Source: a virus | IMG/VR virus record: IMGVR_UViG_3300029922_000007 | Location: 64,001 to 128,000 of that record | Strand: one strand, 5' to 3' | Length of the DNA stretch: 64,000 nucleotides | Shown: positions 17,953 through 27,359 of the stretch, piece after piece | Position numbering within the stretch: position 1 is the first letter of the stretch | How the letters are laid out: every line of letters begins with the position of its first letter | The notes under the pieces: model-generated | Told to the model about the DNA's origin: nothing | Databases searched by the model: none | What the model saw: the letters and a program-made list of their open reading frames with translations, nothing else | Made by a program: the position numbers and the translations under genes

Positions 17953-20900
17953 CCCTAAAAGTTTCGCCGCATCAGCACGTAGAGTCAGCCCTTAGCGGTT
18001 CTACTCTTTCCTCAATGATTTCTAGAGCCATAGAGCTTAAACGAGAATACTTCTCCTATACAGATCTAGGACACCTCAGCTCTGCGCTCAAAACCTACCA
18101 ATCAGTTAAAAAGGCTGGACTTAAGCCTATCCTTGGCCTCGAATTCTACCTAAAGGACCCCTTGGACGAACTAATTCAAGGAACCCCCGCAGATCGGTGT
18201 AAATACTTCACTTCTACTATCTATGCCAAGGACCAAGTTGCATACCAAGAATTGTGCCGTACTGTTTCTCGCACTGACTTTCCCACTATCGAAATTCAGG
18301 GTGAAGTTCAGTCCCTATTTGATTGGAAAACCCTAGAACACCTTTCTAAGTTCAACACCCTTCTCGTTCTTGGTGGACCTCACGATTTGGTAGGGAAATG
18401 CTTGCTCGCATCAGACGCAAATCTTGCGGAGCAAGTCTTTCTTAATCTCCGCAAAATGTTCGGTGACAGGCTATCGGTTTCATTGATCTGCGAACCCTGG
18501 AGTAAGAAATTTACGTCTGTCGTAAAAATCGATTTTCAAGACGGCAGTAGCGATTCCCTCCTAGCCACGGACATGGTCAAGACGGATAAGGCCCGAAATA
18601 TTAAAGCTATTGACCTGGTAATTCGGTCTGGACATGCCAAGATCGAATCCAAGATTTCAAATGGGGTCTACCACAATGTCGGCAAGTGGATCGATAAGGT
18701 AAAAGAGCACCGTGGATTTCTTCCTTTGCCTGTGGATGTGACACTAGAAATCAATAAATTTTTACTTGAAATGTCCAAAAAGCACAGTGTTCTGGTATTG
18801 GCTTCAGATTACGCCTTTTACTCTGAGAAGAGCGATAAGATCGTCCAAACGATGATTTTGGCCGGAAATGGAATTCTTAAGTCTGACCTTCATATGAAAA
18901 CTGAAGAGGAATTTTCAGGGTATCTATTGAAAGAGATGGGTCTAACTCAGGAAAAAACTTCCGAGATCTTATCTAACAACAATGATTGGGCTAAGAACTT
19001 TGATAGCTTCGAGCTGAAATATGAGTGGCGTTTGGCCGACAGCGATGGTAACGCTCTCCAACAGTGCATGGAAATTATCAAAGCCAAGGGGCTAATGCGC
19101 TGGCAAGACCCCATCTGGACTTCGAGACTAAAGGAGGAAGTCCTCGTTATCGCTAAAAATAAAGTAAAGGATCTCTCCCCCTACTTTCTCCCCATTCATG
19201 ACGTTATCTCCCACTACGAAGAAAACGGCAGACTTTCTGGGCCAGGCCGTGGGTCTTCGGCTGGAAGTTTGATTGCATACCTTATGGGTATTACGAAAGT
19301 TCCCCCTTTTAAGTATGACCTCAGCTTTGGTCGTTTTTATTCTACCGATCGAATCGAAGCCCTTAAATTGGCCGACATCGATAGCGATCTTGAGTCTCGC
19401 GATCTCCTAACCGGGGAGGACGGTAAGAGCGGATACCTCTACCATCGATGGGGAAACAAAGCAGCGCAGATCTCTACGAGAGGAATGTCCAGGCTAAAAT
19501 CTTCCATTAAAGACGTAAATCGCTATTTTAAAGGCTCTGTCGAAAAAGAAATCGAACAACTCTGTAAGAAGCTTCCAGATGCAGGACAGGGGATTACGGA
19601 TGAACAGTTCCTATTTGGCTTCCAGGACGAAGATGAAAACCATATCGATGGACTATTTGAGACATCTGACGCCTTAAAGAACTATGCCGCCACTCGTCCA
19701 GCAGAGTGGGACGTGGTGCAAAAAACATTAGGAATTACGAGAAATTTTTCGGTCCATGCTTGCGCTTTTGTGGTTGCTGATAAGCCTATTTCAGATTTTG
19801 TTCCACTCAAAGAAGGCCATATAACTCAATATACCGCTTCCGAAGTGGAGACGGCTGGACTCGTTAAGTATGATTTCCTCGTTGTTTCTAACTTAAAAGA
19901 TATTCGTGTATGTCTAGATCTCATCAATAAGAAGAACGGCGAAAACAATAAGGTTGGCCACTTCACTCACAAGGGCAATCCAACCTATATTTGGGACCTT
20001 CCAGAAGATCAGGAAGCCTATAAGAGTGTTTGGGATGGAGCTACAGAGTCTTGCTTTCAGATCAATACCCAGACGATGACCCCCTTTGTCAAAGAGATCA
20101 TGCCTAAGAATATGGAAGACCTCTCCATCATTCTATCTCTGGTTCGTCCAGGCCCTCTCGATTACGTTATTGAAGAGACTGGTCGTAACATGGCGGAAGA
20201 GTACGTTTATCGTCGTAACGGTAATTCGTATGAAGATATTCCGATCCTAAAGGAGCTAATTCCTGAAACGTATTCAGTTCTTGTGTACCAAGAGCAAATC
20301 ACCAAACTTGCAAAGCAGCTCGCTGGCTTTAGTGGTTCTGCTGCAGAAAATCTCAGAGAGGCCATTGGTAAGAAGAAACGCGCTGCCATGCTCAAGATCA
20401 AGCCCGAATTCATTAACGGATGTCTCAAATCCGGTAAAGTTACGGAAGATGAAGCCCAGCAACTTTGGGACCGAATTGTAACGTTTGGACGCTATGCTTT
20501 TAATAAGAGTCATGGAATTTCATATAGCTATATTACCTATGCTTGTATGTTCCTTAAGCATCACTACTTCCTTGAGTGGTGGACTGCAATTCTTTCCAAT
20601 GCTACCCAGAAAGAAATCTCGGGAAAGCTTTGGCCTCACGTTAAGCACTTAATTACCAGTCCTGACATTAACCTCTCTACAGACCAAATGGAGATCGACT
20701 ACGCCAATGGGAAGATCCGATCGAAGTTGGGGATGGTCCGAGGAATGCAAGAAAAGACCATTGACCCTATCATCGCTGGTAGGCCTTACTTGAGCATCCA
20801 AGATTTCGTCAATCGGGACGTTGCCGGGGCGGCTCTTTCACGTAAGCTCATCCACGTTGGTGTCTTGGATTCTCTTTTTCCTCCCAAGTCTAAGCTCCTG

Positions 20901-21518
20901 GATAAGTTACAGCTATTCGAAGACGCGGTGGAAATCCAGAAATACAATGAAAAGGTCGCAAAAGCTGCCAAAGAAGGTAAACTTATCAAGGCCTTGGAAC
21001 CTAAAAAGGGTGAAATTCCAGAACAGTACCTTACCATAGAACAAGACCCTCTTAAAAATGCCGCTATTCAAAAGTCGATCCTTCCAAGCTTACTTGTGGG
21101 CCTTTATCATCTCGGACAGAACCATTCTAAGTGTATCCTAGGCCGCTCTAAGCCCTCTAAAATCATGACCAATCCTAATACGGGCTTGGAGACTCTTTTA
21201 GTATCTGGAGAGGTCCTACAGCGCTTAAATGAGCTTCCAGGAGAGGCCGTATCTGAGGATAAGATGGTAGCCGTTTCCGCCTTTATCGTAGATACTAAGG
21301 TTCAGGACTATAAGAACAATACCAAGCAAATGCTCAAGGTTGTAGCTGACTACGACGGATACGTTAAGGAGATGGTCGCTTGGCCAGATTACTTCAGCGG
21401 TGTTTTGTCGTATCCCCCAGAACTTAAGAAGGGGCAGATTGTAACCGTATTCCTTAAGAAGCGCGCCGGTAAGGACGGAGACTGCTCCATTCAGGATATT
21501 GTGATTGAAAGTAGTTGA
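17949..21518 (+). CDS. dnaE: DNA polymerase III alpha subunit (family C)
   Basis: PHP-like N-terminus (KPILGLEFY), GPGRGSSAGSL, DIDSD, GLVKYDFL, RPGP, VYQEQ, YAFNKSH. Confidence 0.96.
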   Translation: MTLKVSPHQHVESALSGSTLSSMISRAIELKREYFSYTDLGHLSSALKTYQSVKKAGLKPILGLEFYLKDPLDELIQGTPADRCKYFTSTIYAKDQVAYQELCRTVSRTDFPTIEIQGEVQSLFDWKTLEHLSKFNTLLVLGGPHDLVGKCLLASDANLAEQVFLNLRKMFGDRLSVSLICEPWSKKFTSVVKIDFQDGSSDSLLATDMVKTDKARNIKAIDLVIRSGHAKIESKISNGVYHNVGKWIDKVKEHRGFLPLPVDVTLEINKFLLEMSKKHSVLVLASDYAFYSEKSDKIVQTMILAGNGILKSDLHMKTEEEFSGYLLKEMGLTQEKTSEILSNNNDWAKNFDSFELKYEWRLADSDGNALQQCMEIIKAKGLMRWQDPIWTSRLKEEVLVIAKNKVKDLSPYFLPIHDVISHYEENGRLSGPGRGSSAGSLIAYLMGITKVPPFKYDLSFGRFYSTDRIEALKLADIDSDLESRDLLTGEDGKSGYLYHRWGNKAAQISTRGMSRLKSSIKDVNRYFKGSVEKEIEQLCKKLPDAGQGITDEQFLFGFQDEDENHIDGLFETSDALKNYAATRPAEWDVVQKTLGITRNFSVHACAFVVADKPISDFVPLKEGHITQYTASEVETAGLVKYDFLVVSNLKDIRVCLDLINKKNGENNKVGHFTHKGNPTYIWDLPEDQEAYKSVWDGATESCFQINTQTMTPFVKEIMPKNMEDLSIILSLVRPGPLDYVIEETGRNMAEEYVYRRNGNSYEDIPILKELIPETYSVLVYQEQITKLAKQLAGFSGSAAENLREAIGKKKRAAMLKIKPEFINGCLKSGKVTEDEAQQLWDRIVTFGRYAFNKSHGISYSYITYACMFLKHHYFLEWWTAILSNATQKEISGKLWPHVKHLITSPDINLSTDQMEIDYANGKIRSKLGMVRGMQEKTIDPIIAGRPYLSIQDFVNRDVAGAALSRKLIHVGVLDSLFPPKSKLLDKLQLFEDAVEIQKYNEKVAKAAKEGKLIKALEPKKGEIPEQYLTIEQDPLKNAAIQKSILPSLLVGLYHLGQNHSKCILGRSKPSKIMTNPNTGLETLLVSGEVLQRLNELPGEAVSEDKMVAVSAFIVDTKVQDYKNNTKQMLKVVADYDGYVKEMVAWPDYFSGVLSYPPELKKGQIVTVFLKKRAGKDGDCSIQDIVIESS

Positions 21519-21543
21519 CTTTGGTCTCTATTAAGAGTAGGAT
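21515..21543 (+). promoter_or_regulatory. Sigma-70-type promoter, probably leaderless
   Basis: TTGACT-17-TAGGAT; ATG 21550 follows after 6 nt. Confidence 0.6.
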
Positions 21544-21549
21544 TTAGCT

Positions 21550-22293
21550 ATGAAGAAGTTCTTTCCGTTTATCCTTCTAATTCTGCTTTCAACCCTAGGA
21601 TATGCGTCCCTAAAGACTCACTTTCATCGTAGCCATAAACCGCACAAGAAGATCCATGTTGCTATAGTGGACACGGGCTTAGATCTGAAAGATCCACGGT
21701 TTAAGGACCATCTCTGTCCTACTGGACATAAGAACTTTGTGCCGGGTGAGACTTTGGACGATATTAACAACCATGGGACTTTTGTGGCTGGACTTATTCA
21801 GAGATATGCGGACAATTCCGACTTCTGTCTGCTGATATATAAGTACTATTCAAATGCTGCCTCTGGAGAACAAAACCTACAACGAGAAGCCTTGGCCATG
21901 CAAGAAGCAGTCTCAAATGGTGCGGATATTGTTAACTATTCCGGAGGCGGACCAGAATTTAATGAAGAGGAGTTTTTGATTATTCGTAACCACCCTAAAA
22001 CTATTTTCGTTGTAGCTGCTGGGAATGAACATCAAAGTCTAGACGTGTCCGGAAATGAGTTCTACCCCGCTTCTTATTTTCTGAAAAATGAGCACGTTGT
22101 TAGCGCCAACGCTATCGATGGATTCCGCCTAGGTTCTTCTAATTGGGGTAGTCGAGTAACGGATTCTGAACTTGGCGATAGTGTTCTATCCTTTCTTCCT
22201 AACGACCTTATAGGGATCATGTCAGGTACTTCGATGGCCTGCGCAATTTTTTCTGGGAAACTTGTTGACAGGATGTCACGAGATGTGCAATAG
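21550..22293 (+). CDS. Subtilisin-like S8 serine protease with signal peptide
   Basis: VAIVDTG, HGT, AAGN, GTSMA; MKKFF+hydrophobic leader. Confidence 0.92.
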   Translation: MKKFFPFILLILLSTLGYASLKTHFHRSHKPHKKIHVAIVDTGLDLKDPRFKDHLCPTGHKNFVPGETLDDINNHGTFVAGLIQRYADNSDFCLLIYKYYSNAASGEQNLQREALAMQEAVSNGADIVNYSGGGPEFNEEEFLIIRNHPKTIFVVAAGNEHQSLDVSGNEFYPASYFLKNEHVVSANAIDGFRLGSSNWGSRVTDSELGDSVLSFLPNDLIGIMSGTSMACAIFSGKLVDRMSRDVQ

Positions 22294-22313
22294 TTAGTCA
22301 TCGAGGTTATCCA

Positions 22314-22571
22314 ATGGCAGTTACTGGAACAGATTTCAAAGTAATGAAAGAAAAGAAATTGGACAAGGATACAACCCTAGTCATTAAGAAGAACGTAATG
22401 AACGGTCGTATCTTCGTAGAATTTACCTCTAGCAATCCACGAATTGTCTTGCAAAAGAACTTCCAAGACAACTATGATGGTAAGAACCTATCTGAAGCTT
22501 TTGCAAAAAGTATAAAGAGTACAGAGCAGCTTAGAGCGTATTTTGGAATCAAAAATAAGGAGAACGAATAA
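22314..22571 (+). CDS. Hypothetical protein
   Basis: SD GAGG. Confidence 0.6.
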   Translation: MAVTGTDFKVMKEKKLDKDTTLVIKKNVMNGRIFVEFTSSNPRIVLQKNFQDNYDGKNLSEAFAKSIKSTEQLRAYFGIKNKENE

Positions 22572-23374
22572 TGTCATTGTCTACTATTCTGAAAGAAATT
22601 GAAACCCATCGTCCTAATTCCCTGATCGATGTCGATAAGGGGCCAAAAGAAATGTATGGTGGTCGTAGGGGTCTCAAACTCAATGCCACCGAATCAATCA
22701 AGCGCCTTCGCCTTCAGTTTCGCACCGAATTGATGGCCCAAGTAGCTTTTATCGTGGTTACTGGTTCCAATAGGGACAAGTTTACGGAAGTGGCTTCCAC
22801 CGATGAATTTGGATGTTTCTCTGTAGATCCAGACGACTTCTTTAAGGATCTCACGTCTCGTATCGACAAGACCCTTTTTGGCCGTGAAACCACTCGGAAT
22901 CTCTTCAACATTGCTACCAATGTCTTGGAAGATAAGGCCCTTGAGCTTGATATCAATTCGTATCCCATGTTGCACTTCGGCGAGAAGTACAATACTACCG
23001 CTCGTACTCCTGAAGAATTTGTTCCTATTGTTCGTAATGCCGTAACCGAACAAGTTGGTTCTGAATTGGTTGGGGTTAGCGCTGTATATTCCGTAGTGGA
23101 CAAAGCTATCGAAAAAGGATACAATGCAACTGTAACTCCAATTATCCTGAATACTCCGGATGAACAGTTCGCGCTGGATTTGTTTAAGAATCTTAAGAAA
23201 CATACCCATACGGACGGTATGAGTCGAGGATTGACTTCAAAGGTCTTCCTGGTAGCGGCTGGGAAAACTTCAAAAGAGCTTAAGGGTACCTTGGGAGCTT
23301 TTGCGGTTAAGGATGCCAACGAAAGTTCTGTTGGCCAGACCTTGACTGCTATCCGTTCTAAAATTGTGAGCTGA
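22571..23374 (+). CDS. Hypothetical protein (possibly degenerate NMP-kinase fold)
   Basis: FIVVTGS...; SD AAGGAG. Confidence 0.55.
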   Translation: MSLSTILKEIETHRPNSLIDVDKGPKEMYGGRRGLKLNATESIKRLRLQFRTELMAQVAFIVVTGSNRDKFTEVASTDEFGCFSVDPDDFFKDLTSRIDKTLFGRETTRNLFNIATNVLEDKALELDINSYPMLHFGEKYNTTARTPEEFVPIVRNAVTEQVGSELVGVSAVYSVVDKAIEKGYNATVTPIILNTPDEQFALDLFKNLKKHTHTDGMSRGLTSKVFLVAAGKTSKELKGTLGAFAVKDANESSVGQTLTAIRSKIVS

Positions 23375-23375
23375 T

Positions 23376-23618
23376 ATGAAATTGACTACCAAAAACACTA
23401 AGGGTAAGATAGTAAAAATCAAAGACTGTATGGGGAGATACATTCCACACTGTTTTGCCTATAATACCTTAACTCGGGAAGCCAGCCTGTTTATCCATGC
23501 AAAAGCTGGGAAAAAGGACAGTATCGTTACTGCTCGAAAAAACGATAAAGGGTATGTTTTGAAAGTTAAGGTAGTAATTCCAGGTTCTTACGCTGAAGTT
23601 AATGGTAAACGATTTTAA
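23376..23618 (+). CDS. Basic hypothetical protein
   Basis: Operon context. Confidence 0.55.
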   Translation: MKLTTKNTKGKIVKIKDCMGRYIPHCFAYNTLTREASLFIHAKAGKKDSIVTARKNDKGYVLKVKVVIPGSYAEVNGKRF

Positions 23619-23638
23619 TTAAAATAAAGGAAAATATT

Positions 23639-24754
23639 ATGTCAGATTTTTTTGGTACCCCAGCTTATGGTCAGAATGGTAATAGCAAATTCAAGAAAAA
23701 GGTCTTCTTTAGTTTGGACACTGGAGACGAAGCCTTCCGCATCTTGCCTCCTATGGGCGCTCTCCGAGAAAAGAATGTTTGGAGCCGTTATTTTTCAGTA
23801 AACTACGGCTACAAGAACATGGCCGGTAAGATGCGCAGCTTCTTGAGCACTCAGGCCAAGAAAGATAAGGTTATTGTCAACCGAGATGCAGCATTGGACC
23901 GCTTGAATACCCTTAAGGAAGCATTGGAGAAGATCAAGCTGGAACCGACTAATCCACAATTCCCTACGCTCTTCGCTCTGGTTGGACAAGGAAAGGGTCA
24001 TAAACCGGTCTATAATGTCGATAACAATCACCACATGTGGGTAGTCGATCTCAATGGGACTATTGGCATTCTTAAGCTTAAGCATAAGACCAAAGTGAAG
24101 TTGGATAATGAGATTGACAAGCTTCGTGCTGAAGGGATTGACCCTCTTTCTGTTGAAAACGGTCGATTCTTCGTGTTTAATCGGGTCGTTGCTGGTCGTG
24201 ATACCGACGTGTCTATCAAGGTCTATAAAGAAAAGGTCGACGTCCCAGGATTTGGTAAAGTTGAACGAGATTTTGTTCATTCCATCACCCCCGATTTGGA
24301 AATGAAGCTTCGGTCTGAAGTGGTTAGCCTAGATACCCTCTATCAGGTCATCACCGCCGAAGAAGTGGCTCAGATTGTCGCCGAATCGGACCTTAAGACC
24401 GGTAAAAGCCCTGCTTGTGACCGCATCTTTGATGCTCGTTGGAAGGCAGAAGCTGACGCTCGTAAGGCAGCTGCCACTCCAAATGCTGGCGTTGTTGCTC
24501 CGTTGGCCTCCCCAGTGGCTCCTAAGGCCCTACCAGCAGCTCTAGAGACATTGGATGAGCCGGATGAAGGGTACACCCCTCCAGCGGTGACCGCCACGGT
24601 AAAGCCTGTTAATAACCTTCCTACTACTTTGGCTGTTGTAGCTAAGGCTGCTCCCGCTACCGTTGTGACGGTCGCCACTCCTCAGACTCAGGCCCAATAC
24701 ATTGCGGAGCAACCCGATAAGGACTTCTTCGCTTCTATTGGGGTTGAGGTCTAA
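23639..24754 (+). CDS. gp32-like single-stranded DNA-binding protein
   Basis: FRILPP motif, low-complexity linker, DKDFFASI tail; sits before UvsY-like and recA genes. Confidence 0.65.
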   Translation: MSDFFGTPAYGQNGNSKFKKKVFFSLDTGDEAFRILPPMGALREKNVWSRYFSVNYGYKNMAGKMRSFLSTQAKKDKVIVNRDAALDRLNTLKEALEKIKLEPTNPQFPTLFALVGQGKGHKPVYNVDNNHHMWVVDLNGTIGILKLKHKTKVKLDNEIDKLRAEGIDPLSVENGRFFVFNRVVAGRDTDVSIKVYKEKVDVPGFGKVERDFVHSITPDLEMKLRSEVVSLDTLYQVITAEEVAQIVAESDLKTGKSPACDRIFDARWKAEADARKAAATPNAGVVAPLASPVAPKALPAALETLDEPDEGYTPPAVTATVKPVNNLPTTLAVVAKAAPATVVTVATPQTQAQYIAEQPDKDFFASIGVEV

Positions 24755-25129
24755 ATGGAATTAAATCCAGAAACTGATCTGTCCATTGATGTTGCGAATT
24801 TAAGCTCTGAGTTTAAAGTATTTCCCTTGAAATTCTATCGATATTGCCTTCATAAGGCTAAGGTGGAACTTCAAAGGGACGTAGCTAAGGCTAAACTTAA
24901 GGAAGCAAGGGCCGTCACCTATAAGAGGATTAAGGGCGATACCACCAAAAAATGGACCGAGAACAGTATGGAAGCCGAAATCGACACCGATCCAGTAGTT
25001 CTGGCTGCTCAACTTACCTTTATGAGAGCCGAACACGATGCTGCCACTTGGTGTGGTGCGGTAGATTCAATGAAAGCTAAAAAGGATATGTTGATGCAAA
25101 TAGGGGCCGACGCTAGAAAAGAAAAATAG
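24755..25129 (+). CDS. UvsY-like recombination mediator
   Basis: Helical 124 aa, KWTENSMEAEIDTD...SMKAKKDML; between SSB and RecA. Confidence 0.6.
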   Translation: MELNPETDLSIDVANLSSEFKVFPLKFYRYCLHKAKVELQRDVAKAKLKEARAVTYKRIKGDTTKKWTENSMEAEIDTDPVVLAAQLTFMRAEHDAATWCGAVDSMKAKKDMLMQIGADARKEK

Positions 25130-25131
25130 GT

Positions 25132-25761
25132 ATGATTAAAGAAAAGGAAGTTGAGATTATAGTGTCTCAAAATATGATAAAATACCTAAAAGATTTGGGG
25201 TACGAACTGCCTACCCATATCTATAGAGGAGTAGTGAAAACTATTCAAAACGTTCCATTTACCATAAAAGTAGAGCATTTGAAACCAAAATCTAGTGTAA
25301 AAATTACTAGGATTTGTGACAATTGTAAAGAAGAAAGAATTGTTTCTCGCGCTAAATATAAACCTCTTTGTTTTAAGTGCTCCACCTATAAAATAGGGTT
25401 AGCGCTAACCGGAGAAAATAATGGGATGTTTGGTAAAAAGGGGGAATTATCTCCCAGATGGAATCCAAATATAAGTTCTGAAGAAAAACTAAATAACCGT
25501 AGAAGATTTTATTCAAAAGAGCTTCAACGTTGGTCTAAATGGGTAAAGGAGTTGTACGATTTTACTTGTCAGAAATGTAAGATTAGAGGCGGAGCATTAG
25601 TCTCCCATCACATAGAATCTTGGGATGCTTGTATTGAGTTAAGACACGATATTTCAAACGGTATTTGTTTTTGTAACGAGTGCCACCTGGATTTTCATAG
25701 AATTTATGGAAAAGGTAATAACAGTAGAAAACAGCTGATAGAATTTTTAGAGGAAAAATAA
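25132..25761 (+). CDS. HNH homing endonuclease
   Basis: CQKC...SHHIE...NGICFCNECHLDFH; GENNGMFGK NUMOD3-like motif. Confidence 0.88.
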   Translation: MIKEKEVEIIVSQNMIKYLKDLGYELPTHIYRGVVKTIQNVPFTIKVEHLKPKSSVKITRICDNCKEERIVSRAKYKPLCFKCSTYKIGLALTGENNGMFGKKGELSPRWNPNISSEEKLNNRRRFYSKELQRWSKWVKELYDFTCQKCKIRGGALVSHHIESWDACIELRHDISNGICFCNECHLDFHRIYGKGNNSRKQLIEFLEEK

Positions 25762-25762
25762 A

Positions 25763-26665
25763 ATGGCAAAAGAACAAGTGTCCTTGGTAGATCGTATTCG
25801 CAATCGTCTGAATGAAAGTAGCGGCAAAGAACTGGTTAAGACTTTCGGTGAGGGGGATGAACTTCTCCAGGTTAAGTCTTGGATTCCTTTGAAGCCTTTC
25901 TTTAAGCTTGGAACTGGTGGGGATGGGTTTCCTTGCGGCCACATCACCCAGATCATCGGTAAGCCAGATTCTGGAAAATCTACCCTCGCGATGGAGGGAA
26001 TGGTTTCATGTCAAAAACTTGGTGGACAAGTATTTCTTCTTGATTCAGAGCATAAGTTCTCTATGGGTCGTCTCAAGTTGATGGGTGGCAAGCCAGAAGA
26101 GGTGATGGTTGTTCAGACCAATACTCTTGAGGAAGCTTGGGACGGATTCGAGAAAATCTTGCAAGAAGTAACTACCCTGCGAGAAGAAGGCGTTAAGACG
26201 CCAATGATGCTCGTGTGGGATTCAGTGGCCGCTTCCGTACCAGAATCGATTATGACTTCGGAATCTGGAGACTTTCATGTGGCAGTTGAAGCTAAGATGA
26301 ACAATAAAAACGTTCGTAGGCTTCGTCAGCTAATTGAGAAGACTGAACTTGCTTGCGTATTCATCAACCACTACTATATGACTCAGCCAAAATCAAAGTA
26401 CGAGCAGGCGGAACTAATTATTAAGGGTGGAGAGGAACTTGCCTTTCTTTCAACTTTGATCTTGCGTACCAAACAGGGCGCTAAGATTATGCGTACGGTT
26501 CTGGGCGAGGAACAACAGATTGGACGTGTTACCCGGTTCTTTGTCCATAAAGGACACTTCCATGGTCGGACCATTACAAAGGATGTCAATGTAGTGGACC
26601 TTGGAATCTTGGAGAGTGCGGAAGAATTGGCAGCATATCAAAAATCTCTTAGAGGAACACTTTAA
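25763..26665 (+). CDS. recA: RecA/UvsX recombinase
   Basis: GKPDSGKST, LDSEH, VWDSVA, VFINH, GG motifs. Confidence 0.92.
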   Translation: MAKEQVSLVDRIRNRLNESSGKELVKTFGEGDELLQVKSWIPLKPFFKLGTGGDGFPCGHITQIIGKPDSGKSTLAMEGMVSCQKLGGQVFLLDSEHKFSMGRLKLMGGKPEEVMVVQTNTLEEAWDGFEKILQEVTTLREEGVKTPMMLVWDSVAASVPESIMTSESGDFHVAVEAKMNNKNVRRLRQLIEKTELACVFINHYYMTQPKSKYEQAELIIKGGEELAFLSTLILRTKQGAKIMRTVLGEEQQIGRVTRFFVHKGHFHGRTITKDVNVVDLGILESAEELAAYQKSLRGTL

Positions 26666-27165
26666 GGGTTGGTCGGGTCGCTACCGGCCTGAACTGAGGA
26701 CTTGCAGGTTAGCTCAGCTAGATTGACAAATCCTGCACATTTTTAAAGTTTTAAGATAGGGCGAGCACAAAAGGGCGAAACAATGTTCCTCTCCGCAACT
26801 CGTGCAATGGCGAAATGACTACTTCGTGAGGAAGTAAGGTACAGCGGAATTAAGCCGCGTGGGCAATCCCCAAGTCAGAGTAGGTCTCAGTCTTATCTTA
26901 AAAAGGGTTCCCAGGTTGCCCGAATCGATCTGGTCTAAGGAAGTTGCTAACAGTTGAAGCTTAGACGACGTGGGAACCGAGTCGTAAATCGGACCAAAAT
27001 TAAGCGAAACCATTAGTGATACGGGTGGGAGTAGCATGTGCCATGAAAGACCTTAGAATTGCTGTACACAGTGACCCTCTAAGAAAATCTTCCTCTGGCT
27101 TCGGGTAGGCGCTCATGGTAGTATGGGGTTAAAGCACAGGCCTGTTTGGCAGCCTACTTTTTAAA
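26666..27165 (+). ncRNA. Candidate large structured ncRNA of unidentified family
   Basis: Gene-free ~510 nt; stems 26749-26762/26890-26903, 26816-20/26873-77, 26906-13/26971-78, 26933-39/26960-66, 27035-46/27113-25 with G-U pairs on the + strand; GNRA-like and cUUCGg loops. Confidence 0.75.
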
Positions 27166-27176
27166 AAGGAGTTTAT

Positions 27177-27359
27177 GTGAGCAAGTTTAGGAATTGGCTT
27201 ATAAATAATTTTACAGATCTAACCAATAAACTATCTCCTTGTAAATGCTGTCCTAATCGAACTGAGCTTAGCGTATGTCGCAATAAAGCTCTTAAAGAGA
27301 ATTGGGAAAGTATCCAAAGACTTGTAGCTCCATTTCATAAAAGGGAAAACATCAAATGA
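27177..27359 (+). CDS. Hypothetical protein
   Basis: SD AAGGAG, GTG start. Confidence 0.55.
   Translation: MSKFRNWLINNFTDLTNKLSPCKCCPNRTELSVCRNKALKENWESIQRLVAPFHKRENIK

Noticed and set aside
22265-22294. TTGACA promoter before 22314
   Set aside because: Perfect -35 but no convincing -10 at 16-18 nt, so not listed.
26819-27037. 72 aa - strand ORF within the ncRNA region
   Set aside because: Antisense to the whole operon, no SD or recognisable motif; probably chance.
26666-27165. RNase P, tmRNA or group I/II intron identity for the structured region
   Set aside because: GAGGAAGT only partly resembles the RNase P GAGGAAAGUCC and its 3' partner is missing; no tRNA-like ends or CCA; no recognisable P7 or domain V; recA looks complete.
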